A stretch of 64,000 nt of DNA. It comes from Nitrospirota bacterium. Lineage in GTDB: Bacteria; Nitrospirota; UBA9217. The position numbers and the translations under genes are program-made. This document shows positions 32,786 through 44,346 of this stretch, in pieces; position 1 is the first letter of the stretch, and every line of letters begins with the position of its first letter. Where the stretch lies: positions 1,120,001 through 1,184,000 of the forward strand of contig CAVTRN010000002.1 in NCBI GenBank assembly GCA_963737155.1, given 5' to 3'. Below the pieces are notes generated by a model, which saw only the letters and a program-made list of their open reading frames with translations, made no database searches and was not told where the DNA came from.

Positions 32786-34165
32786 TCAGGCAAGAAGCTC
32801 CTTGATATTCCTGATCACTTCGGCAACAACCTGTTGCGAGTTTCCGTAGAGCATGCGCGTGTTGTTGGCAAAAAAAAGGGTGTTCTCAGTACCGGAATAA
32901 CCGGTGCCTTTCCCGCGTTTGATCACGATGACATTGTGCGATTGGTCAGCGTTCAAAATCGGCATCCCGTAGAGAGGGCTTGTCTTATCCACGCGTGCGG
33001 CAGGGTTCACCACATCGTTGGCGCCGATAACGAGCGCTACGTCGGTCTGGCTGAACTCCTCGTTTATTTCCTCGAGATCGAATATCCTCTCATAAGGCAC
33101 GCCGGCCTCGGCCAGGAGCACGTTCATGTGGCCGGGCATACGCCCCGCCACGGGATGAATTGCGAACTTGACCTCCACGCCCGCTTCGCCCAGAAGCTGG
33201 CTCATCTCCTTTACCTTGTGCTGAGCTTGACCCACGGCCATGCCGTATCCGGGAATGATGATTACCTTCTGCGCGTAGCGCAGCATGGCTGCGGCGTCAA
33301 GTGCCGAGACTTCCTTCATCGTTCCGGCAACGGCCGTCCCGCTTGACTGTGACGTGCCCGTAATTGGCCTGAACAGGATGTTGGTCAAAGGACGGTTCAT
33401 GGCTCGCGCCATCAGCTGCGTAAGAAGTGTACCCGCCGACCCTACGACAATGCCTGCGATGATGAGCGCCGGGTTATTTAGAACGTATCCCTCGAATCCG
33501 ACTGCCAGACCCGTAAATGCGTTGAACAGCGAGATTACCACGGGCATGTCCGCACCGCCGATGGGCATGGTTACGATCGCGCCGAGTGTGAACGCAAGCG
33601 CGAAAAAGACGATGATGTGCAACATGGAGACCTGGACCGCGGTCACGATGAAGATGCCTGCTAGGACGGTGAGCGCGGCCAGAATTATATTGACCACATT
33701 CTGGAACGGGAGGTGAAAGGCCTTACGCATGATTCCCTGCAGTTTTGCAAAGGCCACCAACGAGCCGGAGAACGACACGGTCCCGATGGTTCCCCCAAGA
33801 ACTGCCAGGGTTTTTGCCGCAGCTCCGTGAGTTTCACCCCGGCTGAATTCAATGGCGGCGATTGCCGCTGCCGCGCCGCCGCCCATACCGTTATATAAGG
33901 CGACCATTTGCGGTATGTCGGTCATTTTGACGACCTTCCCCGACCAAGCGGAGACACCACCGCCAATGGCAAGAGCGATTGCCATCAGAAGGTAGTTGTT
34001 CATGCCGGGCCATCCGAAGGTAACGAGCGTGGCAAGCACCATGCCGACGCCCGCCCAGATGATACCGCGCCGGGCCGTTACCGGAGACGACATGCCCTTG
34101 AGTCCCAAAATGAACAGGAACGCTGCGATGAAGTAGCTTGTATGAATGAGGATGCTTATTGGCAT
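32786..34165 (-). CDS. pntB: NAD(P) transhydrogenase subunit beta
   Basis: IGGADMPVVISL, PGYGMAVGQAQ, HPVAGRMPGHMNVLLAEA, GANDVVNP. Confidence 0.98.
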   Translation of the reverse strand: MPISILIHTSYFIAAFLFILGLKGMSSPVTARRGIIWAGVGMVLATLVTFGWPGMNNYLLMAIALAIGGGVSAWSGKVVKMTDIPQMVALYNGMGGGAAAAIAAIEFSRGETHGAAAKTLAVLGGTIGTVSFSGSLVAFAKLQGIMRKAFHLPFQNVVNIILAALTVLAGIFIVTAVQVSMLHIIVFFALAFTLGAIVTMPIGGADMPVVISLFNAFTGLAVGFEGYVLNNPALIIAGIVVGSAGTLLTQLMARAMNRPLTNILFRPITGTSQSSGTAVAGTMKEVSALDAAAMLRYAQKVIIIPGYGMAVGQAQHKVKEMSQLLGEAGVEVKFAIHPVAGRMPGHMNVLLAEAGVPYERIFDLEEINEEFSQTDVALVIGANDVVNPAARVDKTSPLYGMPILNADQSHNVIVIKRGKGTGYSGTENTLFFANNTRMLYGNSQQVVAEVIRNIKELLA

Positions 34166-34199
34166 AATAATTCAGAGTCCAAAGTTCATTGGTCAAAGT

Positions 34200-34508
34200 T
34201 CAGAGCTTCGTGTTGCTGCTCTTTGCGTCTCTTTTTTCGCTCTTAAACATCGCCAGCATTCGTTCCGTTACCACGTAGCCGCCGGCCGCATTGGCGGCGC
34301 CGAGCAGAACGGCAATGAAACCGATAATCTGCTCGAAGGGCGTTCGGGCCTCACCAAGTGCAACCATGGCTCCCACCAGAACGACGCCGTGCACGAAATT
34401 GGAGCCCGACATCAGTGGCGTATGCAGGATGACCGGAACTCGCGAGATTACTTCGTAACCGGTGAATGCGGCGAGCATGAATATATAAAGTGCTGCAGAG
34501 CCTTCCAT
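34200..34508 (-). CDS. pntA: NAD(P) transhydrogenase subunit alpha part 2
   Basis: LHTPLMSGSN, GGYVVTERML. Confidence 0.95.
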   Translation of the reverse strand: MEGSAALYIFMLAAFTGYEVISRVPVILHTPLMSGSNFVHGVVLVGAMVALGEARTPFEQIIGFIAVLLGAANAAGGYVVTERMLAMFKSEKRDAKSSNTKL

Positions 34509-35638
34509 CAGACGCCTCCCTCCAGGGATTTTCTTACCCCTTCATTCCGTATCTTCCCCTCACGAGTGAAGCAGCTTCCCGCCAGGATTTCATCATTCGC
34601 ATCAAGAACAAATTGGCCGTCCTTGATGAAGGGTGAAAGGAAGTTGTACAGGTTTCTGGCGTACATCTCCGAAGCATGGACCGGCATACGCGATGCGAGG
34701 TTGACGGTACCTACAATGGAGACACCATTCCTGACCACGGTCTCGCCGGGGCGCGTGCCGGCAACATTGCCACCCACGTCCGCGGCCATGTCCACGATGA
34801 TCGAGCCCTTTTTCATGTGATCAATCATGTCTTCGGTGACGATAAGCGGGCTTTTCTTGCCGGGAATTGCCGCGGTGGTTATCAGCACGTCGACTTGAGA
34901 GATAGCCTTTGTCAGCCGCTCCTGCTGTGCCGTCTTTTCATCGTAGGTCAATTCCCGCGCGTAACCACCTGCATCAGCGGCGGCCACGCCCGTGTCGACG
35001 AACCGCGCGCCCAGGGACTCGACCTGCTCCTTGGTCTCGGGTCGTACGTCATAGGCTTCGACAATGGCGCCGAGTCGGTGCGCGGTTGCGATGGTCTGCA
35101 ATCCCGCGACTCCCGCACCGATCACAAGAACACGCGCAGGCCGCAAGGTCCCGGCTGCATAGGTAATCATGGGGAAAAATTTCGGACTCAGCACGCCGGC
35201 AATCAGGGCACATTGGTAACCGGCAACCGTTGCCTGGGAGGAGAGCGCGTCCATGCTCTGGGCCCGTGAAATGCGCGGTATCAGCTCCACGGCGAAGCTC
35301 GTGACATTTTTTTCGCATAGGAGCTTTGCCCGCTCGGGGGACTCGTAAGGATGGAGAAAACCTACGAGCACCGTTCCGGGCTGCATCAGCTGGACTTCCT
35401 CCATCGTCGGCGGCTGCACCTTGAAGACAACCTGGGCTCGGGCAAACACCGCGGCGCTGTTTTCGACTATGCAGGACGCACCGAAATCATCGTCACTAAA
35501 ATAACAGCCTTCACCGGCCCCATGTTCCATGCAGATATCGGCCCCGATGGACTTGAACTTCCTAACCACATCAGGCACGATAGCTACGCGCTTTTCACCC
35601 CTCGCTGTTTCTCTGGGTACGCCTATAACGAATGCCAT
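34508..35638 (-). CDS. pntA: NAD(P) transhydrogenase subunit alpha part 1
   Basis: GEKRVA, PRISRAQSMDALSSQ, GAGVAGL. Confidence 0.97.
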   Translation of the reverse strand: MAFVIGVPRETARGEKRVAIVPDVVRKFKSIGADICMEHGAGEGCYFSDDDFGASCIVENSAAVFARAQVVFKVQPPTMEEVQLMQPGTVLVGFLHPYESPERAKLLCEKNVTSFAVELIPRISRAQSMDALSSQATVAGYQCALIAGVLSPKFFPMITYAAGTLRPARVLVIGAGVAGLQTIATAHRLGAIVEAYDVRPETKEQVESLGARFVDTGVAAADAGGYARELTYDEKTAQQERLTKAISQVDVLITTAAIPGKKSPLIVTEDMIDHMKKGSIIVDMAADVGGNVAGTRPGETVVRNGVSIVGTVNLASRMPVHASEMYARNLYNFLSPFIKDGQFVLDANDEILAGSCFTREGKIRNEGVRKSLEGGV

Positions 35639-35821
35639 CGTAAATCTCCTTTTTCATAGTAATTATAACCGTAATTTATTATCTTTGCGTGGAATCGTTC
35701 GCGTGCGACATAAAAGCTGTAAAGGACAAGGATGGAATCCGCATGCTGCTTCAGCCACGAATATTCCCCGCTTGATTTTTCCCTCCTCCTGGTCTATGTT
35801 TATTTTAAAGGAACGAAAACA

Positions 35822-38800
35822 ATGGCATCAGGCGGTCTTTCTTTATAAAACAGTCCTGAAATACCCAGCAGCTTGCTGCTGGGATGAAAAGGACATCCTG
35901 GCGAAGCCAGGATAAGTCTTCAGCTTCTTTGTTGTGCTTTTTTAAGGTTTCAAGTTCCGATGCCCCGCAGCTTGCTGCGGGGTAATTCACTTCACCCTCT
36001 CATCAGACAATGGTTCTTGGAAAAAGTCGGAACGCCGACCGATATTCAGGAAAAGGCTTGGCCCGAAATCGCCGGAGGCCGTAACGTGCTTGTGACCGCG
36101 CCCACGGGTTGCGGCAAGACGTTGGCTGCTTTTTTATGGAGCATTAATCAGCTCGCATCAAGTGCATGGACAGGTGGTAAAGTCCGTGTTCTTTATATCT
36201 CGCCGCTCAAAGCTCTGAACAATGATGTGCTGCTCAATCTGATCAAGCCGCGTGAAGAATTGCGGGAATATTTCGCCCGCTCGGGGGTCTCATTTCCCGA
36301 AATCAACGTTCTCACTAGGAGCGGCGACACGCCCGGAGAGGAAAGGCGGAGGATGGTCCGCAAACCGCCGGAAATCCTGATAACCACCCCCGAATCACTG
36401 AACCTCCTTTTGACTTCCCGGAGCGGTCGCTCCCTGCTGACCGGACTTACGACGGTTATTATCGATGAGATTCATGCAGTTGTGGGTACGAAGCGGGGCA
36501 CCCATCTTATTACTGCTGTCGATCGTCTTGTTCCCCTGTGCGGCGATTTCCAGCGTATTGCGCTTTCAGCTACAGTCAATCCTGCGAATAAGGTTGCCGA
36601 GTTTGTGGGAGGTTTCCGGAAGATCGGGAAAGGCCGGGATAGTTATTTCGAGAGACGTCCTGTTTCACTTATCCGGTCGCTTCAGGCCAAGACTTACGAA
36701 ATCACCGTCTTGTTCCCGCCTGACGTGCGGGAGAAAATGGTTAATGATTCCTGGTGGCCGGCGCTTATCGATTCTTTCAGGGAGATCATCAAGCAACACC
36801 GCTCAACGCTTTTGTTTGCTAATAGCAGGAGGATGACGGAAAAGGTAACTCGGTTGATCAATGAAGCGGAAAAGACCGAGTTAGTCTATGCGTATCACGG
36901 ATCCCTAAGCCGAGAAATCCGGCTGGCTGTGGAGCAGAAATTAAAAAAAGGTGAATTAAAGGCCATCGTTGCCACGAATTCCCTTGAATTGGGCATCGAC
37001 ATCGGAAGTCTGGACAGCGTTGTGTTGATTCAGACCCCGAGGTCGGTCTCCTCTGCACTTCAGCGAATCGGCCGCTCGGGACATTCGGTAGGGGAGAAAA
37101 GCCGCGGTCTGCTCTTCCCAATCCATGGGCGTGATTTTATCGATGCGGCGGTCATGGCCCGTGCCGTAATGGACCAGGACATCGAAGAGGTCCATCCCGT
37201 TGAAGCCCCGCTCGATATTCTGGCGCAGGTTGTGCTTTCGATGACTGCCATGGAACGGTGGGACATCGACGAACTGTATGCTTTTATGAAAACCTCTTAC
37301 CCTTTTCGCAATCTGACGCGCAAGCATTTTGATATCTTGCTCGAAATGCTCAGCGGACGCTATGCCGACAGCCGCTTGCGGGAATTGAAGGCACGTGTGT
37401 CGCTTGACCACATCGATAACACGGTTCAGGCCCACAGTGAAGTGTCTTATCTTATATATATATCGGGAGGCACCATCCCCGCGCGCGGTTATTTTGATCT
37501 GCGACTCAAGGAAACGCACGCAAAGATCGGAGAGCTCGATGAGGAATTCGTGTGGGAGCGGTCCCTCGGCGAGACGTTTACACTGGGCACCCAGCTCTGG
37601 CGCATCGAGAAAATCACGCACAATGACGTTGAGGTAATACCGGTCCGTTCTACTGCGGGCATCTTTCCGTTTTGGAAAGCTGAGGAACAAAATCGCGATT
37701 TTCATTTTTCCGAAAAGATCGGTCTCTTTCTTGAGCAAGCGGACAAGTGGCTCGACACTCCCGGTTTCCGCCAGGAACTTCTGGAGCGGCACGCGATGGA
37801 AGAACATGCTGCCGATGAGCTTATCGCGTTTTTGAAAATTCAGAAGGAGGCAACGGGGAGCAGCCTGCCGCATCGACACCATCTCCTGCTTGAGCATGTG
37901 GAAGAGCCCGGGGGCCGCGGCGATTTCAGGCAGGTCATCCTTCATACCTACTGGGGCGGTAGGGTGAACAGGCCTTTTGCCCTCGCTCTCGCCCAGGCCT
38001 GGGAGGAAAAGGAGCATATTCCGCTGCAGCTTATCGAAAATGATGATGCCATTCTGCTTATGCTGCCGAGGGCATTACGTACCGATGGCCTTTTTTCTCT
38101 CCTGACGCCGGAAAACATCGAATCCTTCCTGCGAAAAAGGCTGGAGCAGACAGGATTTTTCGGAGCCCGGTTCCGGGAAAACGCCGAGCGCGCTCTCTTG
38201 CTTCCGAAATCGGGCTTCAAGCGGAGAATGCCGCTCTGGCTCATCCGGCTGCGGTCCAAGGAACTCTTTGCCGCCGTGCATTCCTATGAAGACTTCCCTA
38301 TTCTGCTAGAGACGTGGCGTACCTGCCTCGAGGATGAATTCGATCTTGATCATGTGAAAACAGTCCTTGAGGAGTTGCATAACGGTGCGATCCGCATGAG
38401 CGAGACAGTGACCAGGGCCGCGTCTCCCTTTGCCGTCAACCTCGTTTGGAAGCAGACGAACAAGTACATGTACGAGGACGATACGCCACTTCTGGCCCGG
38501 GAGTCGGCACTCCGTCCGGATCTTATCAGGGAGCTTCTTTTTTCTTCTCATCTCCGTCCGAAGATCCCCGGCGAATTGATTCGTTTGTTGGACAGCAAGC
38601 TTAAGCGCACGGCGCCGGGATATTCGCCGGTCTCAGCAGTGGAACTTCTGGACTGGATCAAGGAGCGTTTGTTGATCCCGGAGCCGGAGTGGAAGGAACT
38701 GGCCGCCGCAATCAGGAGGGATCATGAACAGGACGCGGCAGCGTGGCTAGCATCCCAGGCAAGAAAGCTGTTATGGATCAGCTGGCCAGGCGTCAGATAC

Positions 38801-40429
38801 GCGCTTCTGTGCGCCATCGAAACGCTGCCGAAGGCGTTTGTGGCCTTCCGCCTTCATTCCGAAGTAGTTTCAGCTCAGCCCGTGACCGATGAGGAAAAAG
38901 TGGAAACTGTCAGGCGGCGGGTCCTATCTTTCCTTCGCGACGTGCCTGAGCCGGCCCGGATAGCTGAAGAGTATGACCTCACGACCTTTCTGTCGGAGTG
39001 GCTAGCCTTTTACGTGCCGGTGGAGAAAGAGGGACTGGCTCATCTGCTCGGCATCACCGCGGAACGGATTGATGAGGCGGCAGAACCGTTGATCGAATCG
39101 CAGGACCTAGTCATGGATCGCTTCGGGGAAGAGAGCACTATCCTCGAAATTTGCGATAGTGGAAATCTCGAAACGCTGCTCCGCATGACCCGGCGCTATA
39201 GACAGCCGTCGTTTCAAGCGCTGCCCCTTGAGCAGCTCTCGCTTTTCCTGGCAGTATGGCAGGGAATCGTTCCGCGGGGGGATTCGCTCGACAACCTCCA
39301 GCAAAAGCTGGAGCAGCTTTTCGGGTGGCCCGCTCCGGTCGGCGCCTGGGAGGAATATATCCTTCCTGCGCGCATGCAGACCTATCGGAGCGAATGGCTG
39401 GACTATCTTATGTCCACGAGCGATTTGATGTGGTTCGGCTGCGGCCTCAAGCGCATCAGTCTTGCATTCACCCAGGATCTCGAACTTTTCCGCCCCGTGA
39501 CTGCAGCGGAGGACGATGGAGAACTTGCCCACCTGATCCCAGACCGACGGGGCAGGTACAGTTTTCTTGAATTAACCGAAGCTTCCCGCATGGACACGGT
39601 CCACGCTACTGAGCTTTTATGGAAAGAAGCATGGAAAGGAAACATTACGAGCGATACCTTTCAGGCGATCAGAAAGGGCGTCATGACTGGTTTTTCCGCG
39701 CAGACCTTCAGGGATGAGGCAAGGCTTGCTTCACGGCGATCGGGGTTTAACAGGTGGAAAGTTTCCCGACCCTTGGAGGGGCACTGGTTGAGAATCGATG
39801 CTCCGCTGAAAGACCGGGATATCCTGGACGAAGAAGAACTGGCAAAGGACCGGATCCGGCAGCTCTTAAAACGCTACGGTCTGATTTTCCGTGAATTCGT
39901 TGCAAACGAACTGCCGGCATTACAATGGCGCGGGATCTTTCGATCGTTGCGACTGATGGAACTTTCGGGCGAGGTGCTGTCGGGCTACTTTTTCGAGGGC
40001 TTACCCGGTCCGCAATTCATCTCGCATGAGGCTTTCCGCTTGCTGCAGCAGCCGCTGCCCCAGGATGCCCTGTTCTGGATCGACGCTGCGGATCCGGCCT
40101 CACTGTGCGGACTTTCCTTAGGTGCCCTGCTGGGACTTCCTTCTCGCCTTGCATCAACGCATCTGGTCTATCACGGCAGTAGGCTCGTCATGCTTTCCCG
40201 GCGATCGGGCAGGAGTCTCAACTTGTTTACGGAGCCCGGTGATGCTCGATTGTCTGATTATTTCTCGTTGTTTAAAGATATTCTCAACCGCGAGTTCAAT
40301 CCGATCCAAAAAATCAGCGTGGAGAGGATCAATGGGGAACCGGCACTCCGGAGCCCCTACCGCGAAGCATTGAAGCGGCTCGGCTTCCGGTCCACGCGAA
40401 ATTCACTGGAGCTGTGGAGAGAATATTGA
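35822..40429 (+). CDS. lhr: Lhr-family large DEAH helicase, interrupted at codon 9 by the mini-element; open frame 35960-40429
   Basis: APTGCGKT, YISPLKAL, DEIH, LSAT, QRIGRSGH; native start ATG 35822 with RBS aagga; removing 35847-35990 restores MASGGLSLFHPLIRQWF. Confidence 0.9.
35847..35990 (+). mobile_element. 144-bp non-autonomous IS200/IS605-type mini-element, copy 1 (inside the 5' end of lhr)
   Basis: Identical to 62250-62393; subterminal hairpins cccagcagc-tt-gctgctggg and ccccgcagc-tt-gctgcgggg; preceded by TTTAT, ends TCAC, no TSD. Confidence 0.9.
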
Positions 40430-40604
40430 CGGTTCAAGCTAGTTAAACCGTTGAAATTGTTTAAACAGTTGAACTGATCTCTGGGACTTTTTTGCATCCC
40501 AATTCGGTTTTCCTGGCATTTTTCTTGATTTGTCGCTATACACCGGATATAATTCATCTCAGTTCCTGAATATTTTATTAGGTCTAACGAGGGAGCGCAG
40601 GGAC

Positions 40605-40838
40605 ATGGCGGAAAAAAAATTTGAAGCGTCGTTGACCCGGCTTGAAGAAATCGTTCAGGAACTCGAAAAAGGAGATATTCCACTTGACCAGTCACTGAAG
40701 CTCTTTGAGGAAGGGATCAAACTTTCACGCATCTGCAACAAACGCCTCGAAGAAGCTGAGCGGAAGGTAGAAATCCTGATAAAAGACAAGGATGGTTCCG
40801 TTAAGGCCGGGCCTTTTGAGGAAGAGGAAGAAGCGTAA
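40605..40838 (+). CDS. xseB: Exodeoxyribonuclease VII small subunit
   Basis: FEASLTRLEEIVQELEKG, LFEEGIKL. Confidence 0.95.
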   Translation: MAEKKFEASLTRLEEIVQELEKGDIPLDQSLKLFEEGIKLSRICNKRLEEAERKVEILIKDKDGSVKAGPFEEEEEA

Positions 40839-40849
40839 TTTTTAACACT

Positions 40850-41740
40850 ATGGATATCAAAACCTATCTCGCCAAAAAGAAAAACATCATAGACAAAACT
40901 CTTGAGAAGCTTGTCCCGTCTTCACCCGTTTTCCCCCCGTCCGTGCATCAGGCCATTCGTTATAGCCTTTTTGCCGGCGGCAAGCGTGTGCGCCCCATCT
41001 TGGCAATTGCCGCTGCCGAAGCTTTGGGTGCAAGGACGGCTGATTTTCTCCCTATTGCCGGATCGCTGGAACTGATCCATACCTATTCGCTGATCCATGA
41101 CGACCTCCCGGCAATGGATGACGACGATTTTCGGCGCGGAAGGGCCACTTGCCACAAAGTGTACGGTGATGCAATCGCGATTCTTGCAGGCGACGGATTG
41201 CTGAACATGGCTTTCGAGGTGTTGTCTGATCCCCGAAGGCTCAAAGCCGTTTCGGCGCAAAGACTTATTGCGATCATCAAGGAAATCTCGACTGCCTCAG
41301 GTGTTCACGGAATGGTAGGTGGCCAAGTTCTGGACATGGAGTCCGAAGGTAAGGAAATCGATTTCCCGACGCTCGAATATATTCACACTCACAAGACCGG
41401 CGCGCTGATTCGCGCTTCTGTCCGGACCGGTGCTCTCTATGCTAAGGCGGGCAAGAAGCAGTTTGCCGCCCTAACTCATTATGGTGAAATGATCGGCCTA
41501 GCGTTCCAGATTGCCGACGATATCATGGACATCACGGGCAGCAGGGAACAAACAGGCAAAGACGAGGGGAGCGATCTCAAGAAAGGCAAGCAGACCTATC
41601 CAAGTTTCTACGGCCTCGACGAGTCGCGGCGTAGAGCAGCTGAAGTCTCCGACCGGGCCATTCTGGCACTTAAGGATTTCGGCAGCAAGGCTGACCCCCT
41701 CAGGGCGTTGGCAGAGTACATCGTTAACAGAGTGAATTAG
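40850..41740 (+). CDS. ispA: Farnesyl diphosphate synthase
   Basis: GGKRVRP, HDDLPAMDDDDFRRG, FQIADD. Confidence 0.95.
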   Translation: MDIKTYLAKKKNIIDKTLEKLVPSSPVFPPSVHQAIRYSLFAGGKRVRPILAIAAAEALGARTADFLPIAGSLELIHTYSLIHDDLPAMDDDDFRRGRATCHKVYGDAIAILAGDGLLNMAFEVLSDPRRLKAVSAQRLIAIIKEISTASGVHGMVGGQVLDMESEGKEIDFPTLEYIHTHKTGALIRASVRTGALYAKAGKKQFAALTHYGEMIGLAFQIADDIMDITGSREQTGKDEGSDLKKGKQTYPSFYGLDESRRRAAEVSDRAILALKDFGSKADPLRALAEYIVNRVN

Positions 41741-41832
41741 AAAAAGAAAAGATCAAGGAGCAAACAGCAACGGCAAGGAAAAACGAAAATGATTTTCCAT
41801 GACATCTACCCATACCCTACTAAGAGGTTCTC

Positions 41833-43755
41833 ATGATACTTGACAAGATAAATACAATTCAGGATCTTCGCGATCTGCCCCATACTGAGCTGCCGCAACT
41901 CGCCGAGGAGCTTCGGCAGGAGATCATTAATGTGGTGTCCAAAACAGGCGGACATCTGGCTCCGAGTCTCGGGGTTGTCGATCTAGCCATTGCGCTACAC
42001 TTCGCCTTCAACACTCCGCAAGACCGCATTGTGTGGGATGTAGGACATCAGGCCTATGCTCACAAGATCCTCACGGGCAGGCGCGCGCAGTTTCCCACAA
42101 TACGCCAGTTCGGCGGGATTAGCGGATTTCCGAAGCGGGAGGAAAGCTCTTTCGATTGTTTCGATGTTGGCCATGCCAGCACGTCCATTTCCGCGGCACT
42201 CGGCATGATCGCTGCACGGGACATCAAGGGAGAGGATTTCAAGGTGATTGCCGTGATCGGCGACGGTTCGATATCTGCAGGTCTTGCCTTCGAGGGCATG
42301 AACCAGGCAGGACATCTGAAGAAGAACCTCATCGTCATCCTGAATGATAACGAAATGTCCATTTCCCCAAACGTGGGAGCGCTCTCTTCCTACCTGAGCA
42401 GGATGATGACTGGCCACTTTTACACCAAACTGCGTAAGGATGCAAAGAATTTTCTACAGGGCATCCCGAAAGTTGGCGAATCCATGTTCAACCTCGCAAA
42501 AAAAGCCGAGGATTCCATCAAAGGCCTTATGGTCCCGGGCATGCTATTCGAGGAGTTGGGGTTTCAGTATATCGGTCCGATAGACGGCCATAATATCGAA
42601 CACCTGCTCTCGACCTTCAGGAACATCAAGGGCTACACCTGGCCCATCCTGATTCACGTGATTACGAAAAAAGGAAAAGGGTGCGAGTTCGCCGAGTGCA
42701 GCCCGTCGCAATACCACGGCACGCCGCCCTTCGATCCTGTAACAGGCAAAACGTTCGTCAAGAAACAGTCGATAATGAGTTATACTGAGGTTTTCGGCAA
42801 AACGATGATCAGAATTGCTGAGGAAAATGACCGGATCGTCGCCATCTCCGCGGCCATGTCGGAGGGCACAGGGTTGGACAAGTTTGCCGAGCTTTTCCCC
42901 GGAAGATTTTTCGATGTCGGCATTGCGGAGTCCCATGGTGTTACCTTTGCCTGTGGTCTTGCCGCGGAAGGGCTCCATCCCGTTGCGGCGATCTACTCCA
43001 CCTTTACCCAGCGCGCCTACGACCAGGTCGTTCACGACCTCTGCCTCCAGAACCTGCCTGTGACGCTTGCCCTGGACCGTGCAGGGCTGGTGGGCGAGGA
43101 CGGCCCCACGCATCATGGTGTATTCGATATTGCTTATCTTCGTCATGTGCCGAACATGGTGGTCATGGCTCCCAAGGACGAGAACGAGCTCCAGCATATG
43201 ATCAAAACCGCAGTCGAACATCCCGGCCCATCGGCGGTGCGTTATCCCCGCGGCATCGGCTGTGGCGTGCCTATGGATCAGGAGCTTAAAACGCTGACTA
43301 TTGGCAAATCCGAGCTTATAAAGGACGGGAATGAAGCCGCGATTATCGCCATCGGCAACATGGTTTGCCCTTCGATCGAAGCAGCAAAACGGCTTGCAGA
43401 CGAAGGGATTTCCGTTGCTGTCATAAACGCGCGGTTCGTGAAGCCCCTCGATGAGGAAATGATCCTCGCTTTTGCCAGAAAGACAGGCAGGATTATAACG
43501 ATTGAAGAGCACGTACTTATCGGCGGCTTCGGAAGTGCCGTGCTGGAATGCCTTGATTCTAAGGGCATTTCAGGTATCAAGACGCATCGCATTGGCATTC
43601 CTGATTTCTACATTGAGCACGGCGCACAGAAAGTGCTAAGGCAGAAGTACGGTCTGGATACCGAAGGTATTTACCGGTCGGTGAAAGACTTTATCGAGAA
43701 ATCCCGATTGAAGGTCGTAGCTCCGGTCGCATCGTTCAAGATGAAGGATGCATAG
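41833..43755 (+). CDS. dxs: 1-deoxy-D-xylulose-5-phosphate synthase
   Basis: GGHLAPSLG, WDVGHQAY, GDG..NDN, DRAGLVGEDGPTH. Confidence 0.98.
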   Translation: MILDKINTIQDLRDLPHTELPQLAEELRQEIINVVSKTGGHLAPSLGVVDLAIALHFAFNTPQDRIVWDVGHQAYAHKILTGRRAQFPTIRQFGGISGFPKREESSFDCFDVGHASTSISAALGMIAARDIKGEDFKVIAVIGDGSISAGLAFEGMNQAGHLKKNLIVILNDNEMSISPNVGALSSYLSRMMTGHFYTKLRKDAKNFLQGIPKVGESMFNLAKKAEDSIKGLMVPGMLFEELGFQYIGPIDGHNIEHLLSTFRNIKGYTWPILIHVITKKGKGCEFAECSPSQYHGTPPFDPVTGKTFVKKQSIMSYTEVFGKTMIRIAEENDRIVAISAAMSEGTGLDKFAELFPGRFFDVGIAESHGVTFACGLAAEGLHPVAAIYSTFTQRAYDQVVHDLCLQNLPVTLALDRAGLVGEDGPTHHGVFDIAYLRHVPNMVVMAPKDENELQHMIKTAVEHPGPSAVRYPRGIGCGVPMDQELKTLTIGKSELIKDGNEAAIIAIGNMVCPSIEAAKRLADEGISVAVINARFVKPLDEEMILAFARKTGRIITIEEHVLIGGFGSAVLECLDSKGISGIKTHRIGIPDFYIEHGAQKVLRQKYGLDTEGIYRSVKDFIEKSRLKVVAPVASFKMKDA

Positions 43756-44346
43756 GGGAGTACCGGAAGAGGGTCGTGGGTCAGGGAAAGAACGGACGAA
43801 GTGCTTCTGATTGATTGCCTTATTTAGTTTTGGAATGACGTCTATTCAATTTTGATTCACCATCCACAGCGTGAAAAGAACAGCAGATGTCCACCTATTT
43901 GCTATCATTAGCAAAGATGACTGCCCAATAAAAAACTTGAGTAATAAACAATGACCTCTGTTGATAACCTATCAGTATCGGATTAGAGTAGTGTCTATAT
44001 TATACTTGGCCGCATTGGTAATTCTGCACCCACTGCTGTATATTATACCAAAGAAACACGGATAGCCGCCAGCAAGATTTACCTACCCGAGAGTTCATAG
44101 GGTCATAGCATTATTTCCCTCCAGCAACAGCGTCAGCTGAGCGGCACTTCCGGCTACGTCAAGGATTTTCGCCTCATTCGCCAAGTACAAAAAGCTATTT
44201 TACGCAATAAAATAATGAGCAATATCGTTTTCATTCGGCTTGACTCGCCGCATTTAGCTAGTACGCCGCTTTTTGAATCTCCGCAGGAGAAAATTTGTTC
44301 GCTCATACATGTTGATTGGGTTGGCATTCTTGCTGAAGTCATAATT

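Noticed and set aside
35805-35990. 61-aa minus-strand ORF MNYPAASCGA
   Set aside because: Translation of the mini-element palindromes, not a gene
44120-44160. Possible integron attC half-site on the minus strand
   Set aside because: No GTTRRRY core, no complementary R'' box and no integrase
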